A DNA stretch of 32,000 nt from Tepidisphaerales bacterium. GTDB taxonomy: Bacteria > Planctomycetota > Phycisphaerae > Tepidisphaerales > Tepidisphaeraceae. The stretch is taken from contig JBBSDP010000011.1 of the NCBI GenBank assembly GCA_038240605.1, forward strand, positions 75,182 to 107,181, written 5' to 3'. The position numbers were made by a program, and so were the translations under genes. This document shows, one piece after another, positions 1 through 8,711 of the stretch; position 1 is the first letter of the stretch, and each line of letters begins with the position of its first letter. The notes under the pieces were generated by a model. It worked only from the letters and a program-made list of their open reading frames with translations. It ran no database searches and had not been told where the DNA came from.

Positions 1-833
1 CAGGCGCCGTGCTGGGTGGGCTGGCTTGGATCCGATTCGATCCAGTTGAGGATCTCGTAGCGGATGTGTGCGCCGCTGAGCAAGCCGGCCAGGCTTTCGA
101 CCATCAGGGAGAGACCATATCCCTTGTTCGCCGCCATCGGCTGCACCGCCCCGCCCGCGGCAAAGTCGGCGGGGTTGGTGGTGGGCAGGCCGTTCTTGTC
201 GGTCAGCCAGTCGGGCGGGATCGACTTGCCCAGCGCCTGGGCCGCCGAAACCTTGCCCCCTGCGACCGTACTCATGGCGATATCGAGAAAGATCGGCCGT
301 TCCACTCCGGCCGGGGCGGCGAACGCCCAGGGATTGGTACCCATGACACGTCCGCGCGCGCCGGGGACCGTCATCGAGGGATGGTCGTTGGCGGTCGCCA
401 GGCCGATCATTCCCTTTTCGGCGGCCATTAGCGCGTAGTAGCCCGCGCCGCCGAAGTGACAGGAATTGCGAACGCCGACCACGCCGATGCCGCATGCGCG
501 GGCCTTGGCGATCGCGAAGTCCATGGCGGCGACGGAGGTGACCATGCCGAGGGAGGAGTCGCCATCCATCGAAGCCCAGGCGGGCCCATCGCGGAGGACG
601 CGCGGTACGCCGGTGGCTTTGATGCCGCCCCCTTTGAGGCGGCGCACGTATCCCTTCAGCAGCTTGGTTCCGTGCGTGAAGGTTCCCCAGGTATCGGTCA
701 TGACCAGGACGCGAGCGGTCGTGGCGGCGTCGGTCGTGCTCACGCCGAGAGAGGTGAGCACCGCCACCACGAACCGCTCGAGCGCCTCGTTGGGAATTCG
801 CAGCGGGCGCGGCGCGCCGGCTGCGTTCTCCAT
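1..833 (-). CDS. Malate/L-lactate dehydrogenase family (Ldh_2) oxidoreductase, 3' end outside window
   Basis: Minus-strand reading frame from ATG at 833 (MENAAGAPRPLRIPNEALERFVVAVLTSLGV...) contains Ldh2-family-like stretches: GVVGVRNSCHFGGAGYYALMAAEKGMIGLATANDHPSM, GTNPWAFAAPAG, DIAMSTVAGGK, AANKGYGLSLMVE. Open to the window edge. Both listed plus-strand ORFs here are antisense. Confidence 0.85.
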   Translation of the reverse strand, partial: MENAAGAPRPLRIPNEALERFVVAVLTSLGVSTTDAATTARVLVMTDTWGTFTHGTKLLKGYVRRLKGGGIKATGVPRVLRDGPAWASMDGDSSLGMVTSVAAMDFAIAKARACGIGVVGVRNSCHFGGAGYYALMAAEKGMIGLATANDHPSMTVPGARGRVMGTNPWAFAAPAGVERPIFLDIAMSTVAGGKVSAAQALGKSIPPDWLTDKNGLPTTNPADFAAGGAVQPMAANKGYGLSLMVESLAGLLSGAHIRYEILNWIESDPSQPTQHGA

Positions 834-894
834 GACTGGGCCGATGGGTTTGGAACTGGACACGCACGCTCCGGGGACGTGGGACGCAAGGCGA

Positions 895-1872
895 TCAGGC
901 TGGGACGCGGGGAGAACGAACGCCGTTCACCACGTTGGGAGGCAACTCGCCGCGCAGCGCGGCCACCGCGGTTGCGGCCGCGCTCCCCTGCAGCTTCTGG
1001 ACCGCCTGGGGACTGACCGAGGCGACGTGTGAGCTGAGCACGACGTTGGGCATTTTCAGGACCGGGCTGTTGGCGGGGATCGGCTCGGGCGCGAAGACGT
1101 CCAGCGCCGCCGCTCCGACCGCGCCGCTGCGCAGGGCTTCGATCAGGGCCTGGGGATCGAGCAAATCGCCACGGCCAACGTTCACCAGCAGCACGCCCGG
1201 CTTCACCTTCGCAAGCGTGTCGCGGTTGATCATGCCGCGGGTCTGCGCGGTGGATGGACAATGCAGCGTGATCAGGTCGCTCTCGCGAAAGATCGTTTCC
1301 AGATCGACCGGCTCACATCCGGCGTCACGCACCGCGGCCGCCGGAGCGATCGGATCGAAGACGCGCACGCGCGCCTTAAAGGCGACCAGACGTCGAGCAA
1401 CTTCGCGGCCGATGCGGCCGAATCCGACGACGCCGACCGTCATTGTCTTCAACGCATGCATCGACGTGAGGGGGACGGCCATGCCCCACTTGCCGGCGGA
1501 TACGTCGTTGGAGTTGGGCACGATGGCGCGCGTCAGCGCGAGGACGAACGCGAGCGTGTGATCGGCGACCTCGTCGATACAATAATCCGGGACGTTGCAG
1601 ACGGGTATGCCGGCGGCGCGGGCGGCTTCGAGATCGACGTTATCCACGCCGATCCCATACCGGACGATCGCGCGAGCGCCGCGCATCGCCTTGACGACTT
1701 CGGTCGTCAGCGGCGCGAATTGCGTGATCACGCAGTCCGCGTCGGCGACGAGCTCGATCAGCTCGGGCGTCGTGGATTTCACGCGGGCGGCGAGGGTGTG
1801 ACCTTCGCGCTCCAGCGCGCTGCGTTCGGGTTCAATCGAGGCAAATGCGTAGTCCGTGATGACGGCCTTCAC
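895..1872 (-). CDS. D-isomer-specific 2-hydroxyacid dehydrogenase family protein (C-terminal-binding-protein-like)
   Basis: GTG start at 1872 (VKAVITDYAFASIEPE...). Rossmann motif VGVVGFGRIGREVARRL; FRESDLITLHCPSTAQTRGMINRDTL, VNVGRGDLLDPQALIEAL, AALDVFAPEP. Confidence 0.9.
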   Translation of the reverse strand: MKAVITDYAFASIEPERSALEREGHTLAARVKSTTPELIELVADADCVITQFAPLTTEVVKAMRGARAIVRYGIGVDNVDLEAARAAGIPVCNVPDYCIDEVADHTLAFVLALTRAIVPNSNDVSAGKWGMAVPLTSMHALKTMTVGVVGFGRIGREVARRLVAFKARVRVFDPIAPAAAVRDAGCEPVDLETIFRESDLITLHCPSTAQTRGMINRDTLAKVKPGVLLVNVGRGDLLDPQALIEALRSGAVGAAALDVFAPEPIPANSPVLKMPNVVLSSHVASVSPQAVQKLQGSAAATAVAALRGELPPNVVNGVRSPRVPA

Positions 1873-2023
1873 CGGCAACCCTTCTGCTGAGTTCGCGAAA
1901 CGCCCCCGGAGATACGCCGCACCTCGCCGCTGTGATATACCGCATGTTATAAAAATCGGCGAACCCCTACAAGGTCGGTACACGGTTGCAGCCGTAAGCT
2001 GCGGCGGGTCAGAGGTTAACGAA

Positions 2024-2052
2024 TTGCACTGTGTCGCGCGCGGAAATATACT
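2024..2052 (+). promoter_or_regulatory. Candidate sigma-70-type promoter upstream of the solute-binding protein
   Basis: TTGCAC (2024-2029) - 17 nt - TATACT (2047-2052), 54 bp upstream of the ATG at 2107. Confidence 0.45.
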
Positions 2053-2106
2053 GCCTCCGGCGGCTGGCGGGGGGTGTTCGACTTTCATCTACCTGTGGGA
2101 AATCCT

Positions 2107-3087
2107 ATGAACCGTCTGGTTCGCGCCTGGCGTTGCCTGTTGACGTTGCTGGTGATCGCCTCACTGTGTTCGAGCTGCAACCGCTCCGCCGCAAAATCAT
2201 CCGCGCGCAAGTTCTACTGGGTCCAATCGGTGCGCGGACATCCGGTTCACCGGCTAACGCAGGTTGCGTTCCGCGAGGGGTGCAAGGACCTCGGTTACGA
2301 CTGCGAGGTGATCGGCCCCGATGCCAATGATGTTGCCCAGACGACCGCGATGGCGGAGCAGGCGCTCAGCCGGGGAGATTGCGCGGGAATGGCCGTCTGG
2401 GGGCTGGATCCGGGACTCTTCAAGCTGATCGAAAAGGTTGCGAAGAAGGGAATCCCCGTCGTCATTCCCCACTTCCCGACCGATCAGGCCAACGTCCCTG
2501 ACGCCACTGGCGTGGTGAGCGGCGACCCTGCGGCGTATGGCCGCGATTGCGCGATGGCGATCGGCAAGCAGATCAACGGCACCGGCACCGTCGCGATCAC
2601 CCAGGCCAATTACAACCCGACTGAAAACCTGCTGAGCGACTCGTTTACGAAGGCGATGCACGAGAACTTTCCGAACGTGAAAGTGATGACGCCGGAGATC
2701 GAAGGGCTGGATTCGGTGCAGGCGGTGGCCAAGGCATCGGCGATCCTTCAGGCGAATCCAGACGTGGTTGGGGCGTTGTCCACCACAGGGAACCTTCCCC
2801 CCACCTGGGCGGGCGCCTCGAAGCAGACGGGACGGCCGGTCGTCTCGATCGCGATGAACTACACGCGCCTGAACCTGGACGCGATCCGCGACGGCCACAT
2901 GTACGCCGCCGTCGCTCAGCCGCTCTGGGAAGAATCGTACGAATGCGCGAAGATCCTCGACCGCGCGACCAAGGGGGAGAAGCCCCCCTGGTGGACGAAG
3001 ATGCCCGCGCCGCTCATCACGAAGGAGAACGTCGCGCCGTATTACCAGCTCATCGACAAGGTGGATGCGGCGATGAAGCAGCAGTAG
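2107..3087 (+). CDS. Sugar-type ABC transporter substrate-binding lipoprotein (periplasmic binding protein fold)
   Basis: Signal peptide with lipobox (LLVIASLCSSC); FYWVQSVRGHPVHRLTQVAFREGCKDLGYDCEVIGP, VPDATGVVSGDPAAYGRDCAMAIGKQINGTGTVAITQ. Typical of the RbsB-like family. Confidence 0.8.
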   Translation: MNRLVRAWRCLLTLLVIASLCSSCNRSAAKSSARKFYWVQSVRGHPVHRLTQVAFREGCKDLGYDCEVIGPDANDVAQTTAMAEQALSRGDCAGMAVWGLDPGLFKLIEKVAKKGIPVVIPHFPTDQANVPDATGVVSGDPAAYGRDCAMAIGKQINGTGTVAITQANYNPTENLLSDSFTKAMHENFPNVKVMTPEIEGLDSVQAVAKASAILQANPDVVGALSTTGNLPPTWAGASKQTGRPVVSIAMNYTRLNLDAIRDGHMYAAVAQPLWEESYECAKILDRATKGEKPPWWTKMPAPLITKENVAPYYQLIDKVDAAMKQQ

Positions 3088-3178
3088 GACAATCGACGTC
3101 TGCGACGATGCCAGGTTGATATCGCGGGGACGTCGACCGCGAATTTTCTTCCTGCGATCAGGTGCCCTTGGTTGCACT

Positions 3179-3197
3179 CTTGCTTCGCAAAAGCAAG
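3179..3197 (+). terminator. Weak terminator-like hairpin
   Basis: CTTGCTT-CGCAA-AAGCAAG stem-loop followed by a T-containing stretch (GGTTGTTT), between two plus-strand genes. Confidence 0.25.
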
Positions 3198-3340
3198 GTT
3201 GTTTCCTGACAAAACCAACATACGAAAGGAGGCCTTCAATTGCGCGCGTGGCGCGCGTTGTGTCACGCCGGTCCGCCTCGAAGTTCACGGCGTTGCGTGG
3301 CACGAGATTGGATCGCCCACCTTCATCTCTTTCGGATAGC

Positions 3341-4921
3341 ATGACAACGATGTCTGGCAAGAATGGAATCGTCTACCTCGTCGGCGCGGGACCGGGGGAT
3401 CCGGAGCTCATCACCGTGCGCGGGGCGCAGCTTCTCGGCAGCGCAGATGTGGTCGTCTACGACGCCCTGGCCAACCCGCAATTGCTCAGCCATTGTCCGC
3501 CGGGCGCGGACGTGATTTACGTCGGCAAGAAGGCCTCCGCCCATTCGTTCACACAGGAGGCGATCAACGCATTGCTGGTCGAAAAGGCGGCGAGCGGTAA
3601 ATCGGTCGTGCGCCTCAAGGGAGGCGATCCGTTCGTCTTTGGCCGCGGCGGGGAAGAGTGCGAGGCGCTTGTTTCCGCCGGAATTCCGTTCGAAGTCGTG
3701 CCTGGCATCACCGCCGCCATCGCGGCACCGGCGTATGCCGGCATTCCCGTCACGCACCGGGATTTCAACTCGAGCTTCACGCTGATCACCGGTCATGAGA
3801 AGGAAGAGCAATATCAGGAACCCGAGGCCCAGGCGCGCCCGGCGGGGGCCGGCTCGTCCGATGTGGACTGGACGGCAATCGCCAGGCTGTCCTGCCTCGC
3901 CTTCTACATGGGGGTGAAGTCGCTGCCGCGCATCTGCGCCCGCCTTATCGAAAACGGGATGCCCCAGGGCACCCCCGCCGCCACGATCGCCCAGGGGACG
4001 ACACCCCGGCAGCAGACCGTGGTCGGGACCCTGGCGGACCTGCCGCGGCGCGTGAGCGACGCGGGGTTGCGGCCGCCGGCGCTCACCATCGTGGGTCGAG
4101 TCGTCTCACTGCGGGACACGCTCAACTGGTTCGAACGGCGGCCCCTCTTCGGGCAGACCGTGGTGGTGACTCGCACGCGACAGCAGGCGAGCGAACTCAC
4201 GCAACGCCTCGCCGGGGCGGGCGCGAGCGTCATCGAAGCCCCGACCATCGAGCTGGCGCGGCCCGGCGAGTGGTCGGCGGTCGATGAATCGCTCGAGCGG
4301 ATCAGCGAATACGACTGGGTCGTCTTCACCAGCGCCAACGGCGTCCACTTCGTCAAAGATCGCCTGCTGGAAACCGGACAGGACGCCCGCAACTTCGCCG
4401 GCGTACGAATCGCCGCAATTGGCGAGGCCACCGCCGACGCGATCGGCAAGGCGCTCTGCCTTCGCGTGGACCTGTGCCCCGAATCGTTCGTCGCCGAGGC
4501 GCTGGCCGACGCGCTGGCGGCCGCGAACGAGATCCAGGGCCGCCGGTACCTGCTGCTCCGCGCGGACATCGCTCGGGCGATCCTCCGCGAGCGGCTCGAA
4601 CAGGGCGGCGCCGCCGCGGTCGATGACATCTCCGTCTACGAATCCCGACCGGCGTCGTCGCTCCCGCCGGCGCTCGTCGATGCCCTGGGCGCCCGGCAAG
4701 TCAACTGGATCACCTTCACCAGCAGCAGCACCGCGCGCAACCTCGTCGGCCTGCTCGGCCCCGACTATCGCGCCACGCTCGCCGGCGTAAAGCTGGCCAG
4801 CATCGGCCCCATCACCACCCGCACGCTCCAGGACCTGGGGCTCGAGCCGGACGTGCAGGCGGAACGTTATACGATCGATGGATTGGTCGATGCGATGCTG
4901 GCGCGGGTTGGGCAAAAATGA
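3341..4921 (+). CDS. Fused uroporphyrinogen-III C-methyltransferase / uroporphyrinogen-III synthase (CobA-HemD fusion)
   Basis: N-terminal SUMT motifs: VYLVGAGPGDPELITVRG, VVRLKGGDPFVFGRGGEE, VPGITAAIAAPAYAGIPVTHR, LAFYMGVKSLP. C-terminal HemD-like domain: GQTVVVTRTRQQASELTQRLAGAGASV, DWVVFTSANGVHF, ITFTSSSTARNL, ASIGPITTRTLQDLGLEPDVQA. Confidence 0.93.
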   Translation: MTTMSGKNGIVYLVGAGPGDPELITVRGAQLLGSADVVVYDALANPQLLSHCPPGADVIYVGKKASAHSFTQEAINALLVEKAASGKSVVRLKGGDPFVFGRGGEECEALVSAGIPFEVVPGITAAIAAPAYAGIPVTHRDFNSSFTLITGHEKEEQYQEPEAQARPAGAGSSDVDWTAIARLSCLAFYMGVKSLPRICARLIENGMPQGTPAATIAQGTTPRQQTVVGTLADLPRRVSDAGLRPPALTIVGRVVSLRDTLNWFERRPLFGQTVVVTRTRQQASELTQRLAGAGASVIEAPTIELARPGEWSAVDESLERISEYDWVVFTSANGVHFVKDRLLETGQDARNFAGVRIAAIGEATADAIGKALCLRVDLCPESFVAEALADALAAANEIQGRRYLLLRADIARAILRERLEQGGAAAVDDISVYESRPASSLPPALVDALGARQVNWITFTSSSTARNLVGLLGPDYRATLAGVKLASIGPITTRTLQDLGLEPDVQAERYTIDGLVDAMLARVGQK

Positions 4922-4986
4922 GTCGCGTCGCATATCATTTCAGTTGAACTCGCGCGGCGACGCAATTTGACGTTCTGGGGATTGCA

Positions 4987-5295
4987 ATGATCCGCACCTA
5001 TCACGGAATTTCGTTCGATGGCGATCGCATCGCCGAATTTTGCCGCCGTCACCAGGTCACCCGCTTCAGTTTGTTCGGCTTCATTGCGCGCGAAGATTTT
5101 GGGCCGACGAGCGACATCGACATTCTCCTCGAGTTCGGCTCCAGCGGAACGCCGAGCCTGTTGGATCTCGGCGGAATGGTAATTGAGCTGACGGAAATGC
5201 TGGGCCGGCAAGTCGATTTGAAGACGTGGGGTTTCATGTCCGAACCGGTGCGACGGCGCGTCGAGCTGCAACGACAGGTGCAGTATGCCGCGTAG
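4987..5295 (+). CDS. MNT-type minimal nucleotidyltransferase domain protein
   Basis: FSLFGFIAREDFGPTSDIDILLEFGSS matches the GSx(n)DxD motif of minimal nucleotidyltransferases (here LFG...SDIDILLEF). Confidence 0.85.
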   Translation: MIRTYHGISFDGDRIAEFCRRHQVTRFSLFGFIAREDFGPTSDIDILLEFGSSGTPSLLDLGGMVIELTEMLGRQVDLKTWGFMSEPVRRRVELQRQVQYAA

Positions 5296-5307
5296 TGCAG
5301 TCACGAG

Positions 5308-5337
5308 TTGGGCAGGCATAACAACAGATGCTATAAT
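5308..5337 (+). promoter_or_regulatory. Candidate promoter of the parDE-like pair, -10 box directly before the start codon
   Basis: TTGGGC (5308-5313) - 18 nt - TATAAT (5332-5337), extended TGC before -10. ATG at 5344. Confidence 0.45.
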
Positions 5338-5343
5338 TTGTTA

Positions 5344-5661
5344 ATGCGATCACCCACGAATCTCAATGTTTCACTCACGTCACGCCTCATGGACCTCGTT
5401 CGCGATCGGGTTAAAAGCGGCCGATATCAATCCGCCAGCGAAGTCGTCCGAGAGGGCCTGCGGCTACTTGAGGAGCGCGACGAAAGAAGCGGAATAGATT
5501 GGTCTGAAGTGCGCGGGAAAGTGGCTGAAGCTCGCGCGGAGATGAAAGCTGGCATGGGAATCCCTGCCGATGTATTCCGAGAGAATATGAGCCGCTTCAC
5601 CCGAGAACTGAAAGCCGAACGTACCACTTCGAAGCCGCGCAGACGTGGCAGGAAGTCATGA
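5344..5661 (+). CDS. ParD-like type II antitoxin (ribbon-helix-helix)
   Basis: LNVSLTSRLMDLVRDRVKSGRYQSASEVVREGLRLLEERD is the classic ParD/CopG N-terminus. It overlaps the downstream toxin ORF by 4 nt. Confidence 0.88.
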   Translation: MRSPTNLNVSLTSRLMDLVRDRVKSGRYQSASEVVREGLRLLEERDERSGIDWSEVRGKVAEARAEMKAGMGIPADVFRENMSRFTRELKAERTTSKPRRRGRKS

Positions 5662-5960
5662 TCAGCTTTGTGGTTGCGCCGGCCGCCGAGCGCGACCTCA
5701 AACAGATTTACGGCTACATCACAAGCCACAGTGTTCGCAATGCTGATCGGGGGTTGGCAAGATTTCTTCAGCAATTCGATAGCATTGGAAAAATGCCTGG
5801 TATTGGGCATCGTCGCCCGGAGCTGAACGACCCCTCGCTGCGGGTCTCATCCGTCTATAAGTACCTTGTCATTTACGATGCGACGCGGAGGCCAGTCGAA
5901 ATCCTACGGATCATTCATGGTGCGATGGATCTGCAACGTGAATTTTCCAAACGTCGTTAA
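5658..5960 (+). CDS. ParE/RelE superfamily toxin
   Basis: MISFVVAPAAERDLKQIYGYI...GIGHRRPELNDPSLRVSSVYKYLVIYDATRRPVEILRIIHGAMDL, a typical ParE layout. Start overlaps the antitoxin stop. Confidence 0.88.
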   Translation: MISFVVAPAAERDLKQIYGYITSHSVRNADRGLARFLQQFDSIGKMPGIGHRRPELNDPSLRVSSVYKYLVIYDATRRPVEILRIIHGAMDLQREFSKRR

Positions 5961-6007
5961 TGCTGCGGCTATCCTGGCGTTCGGAAATGTGCCGAATGAC
6001 TGCTCAG

Positions 6008-6955
6008 CTACTTTCCCACGGCCTCTGCTCCGCTTCTCGCCAAAGGACGCGATGGCTCCGATTCAAACCGCCGGTTGCTGATCCGCCGCAACAGGTGGAC
6101 GGGGAAGAAGGGCCACGCCGCGACACGACCGACCCACAGGATCGGCGCCGTCAACCGGATCGGGATGGTCCATCCCGACGCATGCGAGGAACCATCGGCC
6201 GCGGGTTTTTCGACAACGACCGGGAACCAGGTGAACCGCCCGCCGACCAGGCGCAGCCCCGCCTCCTGGTAGAGTCGCAGGCTTCCGCTGAAACGGCGGT
6301 TGCCGCGCAGGTGCGTCGGATACCACGGGAGCAGCATGAAGAACGGGGCGCTCACGTACAGCCGGCCGCCCGGACGCAGGTAGGACGCGATCTGCTTCAC
6401 CATCGCCGGCGGATCCGGCACGTGCTCGAGCACGTCGAAGCAGATGACGGCGTCAAATGCTTCGTGCGGGATCTCCGACGGCTCGGTCAGCACGGGGATC
6501 TTCGCCCCCTTCCGCTCGAACATCTTTCGCGCGAATCGCTCGCTCAATCCGGCCAGCTCGAAATAGGTGACACGGTGTCCCTTCTGGGCAAGGTGCAGGC
6601 AATCGAAACCCATTCCGTCGCCGATCCCCAGTACATCTAACGGCTCTCCTCGCCGTGACATATGCCGGACCGTCCAGCGGCGCAGCTGTGCCTTGGCGCT
6701 GTTGCGGCTCCAGACGGCCAGCTCGTAGAGGAATGCGCTGGTCGAGCCGTAAAAGGCTTCGAGGTGTTTCCCCCAGACGTAGCGCGGGCCGCCACCCCGG
6801 GCCGCGAAATCATCGGCGACGGTCCGGCCCGGGTGCTGGCGCTCGTGCTCCAGTTTTTCCAGGACTAGGGAAAGCGGCTCGGCCGTAACCTCGGCGATCA
6901 ACTCCCCCATCTGCTGAGCGTTGCGAAGCGGGTCGAATACCATGTGGCCTCTCAT
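6008..6955 (-). CDS. Class I SAM-dependent methyltransferase domain protein
   Basis: VLGIGDGMGFDCLHLAQKGHRVTYFELAG, FDAVICFDVLEHVPDPPAMVKQIASYLRPGGRLYVSAPF. Start taken as ATG at 6955 (6943 also possible). Confidence 0.82.
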   Translation of the reverse strand: MRGHMVFDPLRNAQQMGELIAEVTAEPLSLVLEKLEHERQHPGRTVADDFAARGGGPRYVWGKHLEAFYGSTSAFLYELAVWSRNSAKAQLRRWTVRHMSRRGEPLDVLGIGDGMGFDCLHLAQKGHRVTYFELAGLSERFARKMFERKGAKIPVLTEPSEIPHEAFDAVICFDVLEHVPDPPAMVKQIASYLRPGGRLYVSAPFFMLLPWYPTHLRGNRRFSGSLRLYQEAGLRLVGGRFTWFPVVVEKPAADGSSHASGWTIPIRLTAPILWVGRVAAWPFFPVHLLRRISNRRFESEPSRPLARSGAEAVGK

Positions 6956-7224
6956 CCATATGCGGCCCCGGCGGCAAGGTAAGGAAGTTAAACCGATCCG
7001 TCGCAGGAGGCAACCGCACTCGCGTGCAATGTCGCGTGCAACAGCGCGCCGGTCGTGAGTTCCAACGGATCCTGGTGACGACATATCCGCATTGCTTCTC
7101 GTAGCACGGGCGCCTCGCCCGTGGCCTGGAAGCCAACACGGGCAAGGCGACCGTGCAACGAGCAACGAATTCGCGTGTCACTAAAATTGAGCATTTCACG
7201 ACATGCGAGTGCATCGCCGTGGCC

Positions 7225-7872
7225 TTATGCCACGAATTGGTAGATCAGGATGAAGTGACACGCGCTGCCGACCAGCACCAGCACGTGCCACAGGTCGTGT
7301 GCCTCGAAGATGCCGCGACATAGATTCGGGCGGTTGGTGGCGAAGATCACCGCGCCCACGGAATAAGCCACGCCGCCGCCGAGTAGCCAGGCGAGCGCCG
7401 CGTTCGGAAGTGCGTCATAGACCGGGCCGGCCACGGACAGCGCCAGCCACCCCATCACCACATAAGTTGCGATGCGCAGTCCCCACGAATGGTCGCGCAC
7501 CCGCGTCACGTAGGCGATCCCCGCCGCCGCGAGTACCCACTCCGCCGCCAGAACCGGCCATCCCCACCGGCTGCCCAGCGTGAACAGGCACAACGGCGTG
7601 TACGTCCCGGCGATCAGCAGAAAAATGGCCGACAGGTCAAACCGATCGAGCCGGCTGGAATTCACGTCGGAGCAGCGAATGGAATGACTCAGCGCGCTGG
7701 CGAGATAGAGGATGATCAGCGAACCGCCGTAGATCGAGAATCCGATGATGTAAGCCGGCCGTCCCTGCGCCACACGCAGCAATGCGACCAGCGCCGCCAC
7801 CGAAAGCAAAACGCCAACCCAATGCGACAGGGCCGGAAACGGGTCCTTAATGCAACGCCGGACGAGTTGCAT
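7225..7872 (-). CDS. Hemolysin III family (PAQR-like) integral membrane protein
   Basis: DPFPALSHWVGVLLSV, GGSLIILYLASALSHS, LDRFDLSAIFLLIAGTYTPLCL, GIFEAHDLWHVLVLVGSACHFILIY. Several TM helices and the conserved H..H arrangement. Confidence 0.85.
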   Translation of the reverse strand: MQLVRRCIKDPFPALSHWVGVLLSVAALVALLRVAQGRPAYIIGFSIYGGSLIILYLASALSHSIRCSDVNSSRLDRFDLSAIFLLIAGTYTPLCLFTLGSRWGWPVLAAEWVLAAAGIAYVTRVRDHSWGLRIATYVVMGWLALSVAGPVYDALPNAALAWLLGGGVAYSVGAVIFATNRPNLCRGIFEAHDLWHVLVLVGSACHFILIYQFVA

Positions 7873-7981
7873 CTTCACACCTTCAGTAGGACAGACATTC
7901 CGGTCTTTCAGGCAGTCGCGAACGCGGGCACACCTGCTCGCCGAGCGAATGCATTCTCCATCGCGTCGCCCCCACGATCCA

Positions 7982-8596
7982 TCACCGCCCCAGCTCCGAC
8001 GCCAGATACCCTCCCAGCGCCGACTTGAATTGCTCGACCACCCAATCTCCAGCCTCCCGGTCTGACCGCGCATAGAGAAACATCAGGCCCTTGTTGATGT
8101 GCAGGATCACATCGGCGATGCGCATCGCCTTGGCGCGCTTCAATCGCGGCGCGTGGCTGACGAGCACGTCGGCCAGGCGCTCGCGCAGCAGCAGCCGTGT
8201 GCCGGGAGTGTGAGCGCTGGAGGGGGAATCCATCAGCGGAAGAAATTCCGGGTGACCCTTCATGAAGTTCACCATGATCTCCACGTAGCGCTCGACCAGT
8301 TCCGCCCGCGACAACGTTCCCGCCTGCGTCTGGAGCGCCCCCCACGCGCCGTCCACTTCGCGTCCGTATTCCGCGCACAACGCCCGCGCGACCGCGTCCT
8401 TGTTGGGGAAAAATTGATAAAGCGATCCGATCGACGCGCCGGCCCGGCGGGCGATCGCGCTCATCGTGGCGGCGTCATACCCTTCGCTGGCGATCACGCA
8501 GGCGGCCGCGGAAAGGAGCCCGGCCACGCGGCGCTCACCGCGCGGCTGGCAGGGAATACGGCGGGGTGAATTTGACAGCCGTGCGGCTCGAGTCAT
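7982..8596 (-). CDS. TetR/AcrR family transcriptional regulator
   Basis: VAGLLSAAACVIASEGYDAATMSAIARRAGASIGSLYQFFPNKDAVARAL is a canonical TetR HTH. Divergent from the RND operon. Confidence 0.92.
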   Translation of the reverse strand: MTRAARLSNSPRRIPCQPRGERRVAGLLSAAACVIASEGYDAATMSAIARRAGASIGSLYQFFPNKDAVARALCAEYGREVDGAWGALQTQAGTLSRAELVERYVEIMVNFMKGHPEFLPLMDSPSSAHTPGTRLLLRERLADVLVSHAPRLKRAKAMRIADVILHINKGLMFLYARSDREAGDWVVEQFKSALGGYLASELGR

Positions 8597-8604
8597 ATAG
8601 TCGC

Positions 8605-8630
8605 CGAATGTGATGATACCCTCACATTCG
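8605..8630. promoter_or_regulatory. Candidate TetR-family operator in the divergent intergenic region
   Basis: Perfect inverted repeat CGAATGTGA - TGATACCC - TCACATTCG (9-8-9), located 8 bp beyond the regulator start codon and about 80 bp before the adaptor start. Confidence 0.6.
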
Positions 8631-8711
8631 CTCGTTTGTCCAGTAAGCGATTTGCGGGGATCGAACCAGGGAAGTTCATCGTCGTCGTGGTCGTCGAGAA
8701 GGAGACACGTC

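Noticed and set aside
4987-5960. Interpretation of MNT+ParDE as an anti-phage island
   Set aside because: No integrase, phage gene or other defence gene adjacent; flanks are ordinary metabolic and efflux genes, so only a TA-module call is supportable.
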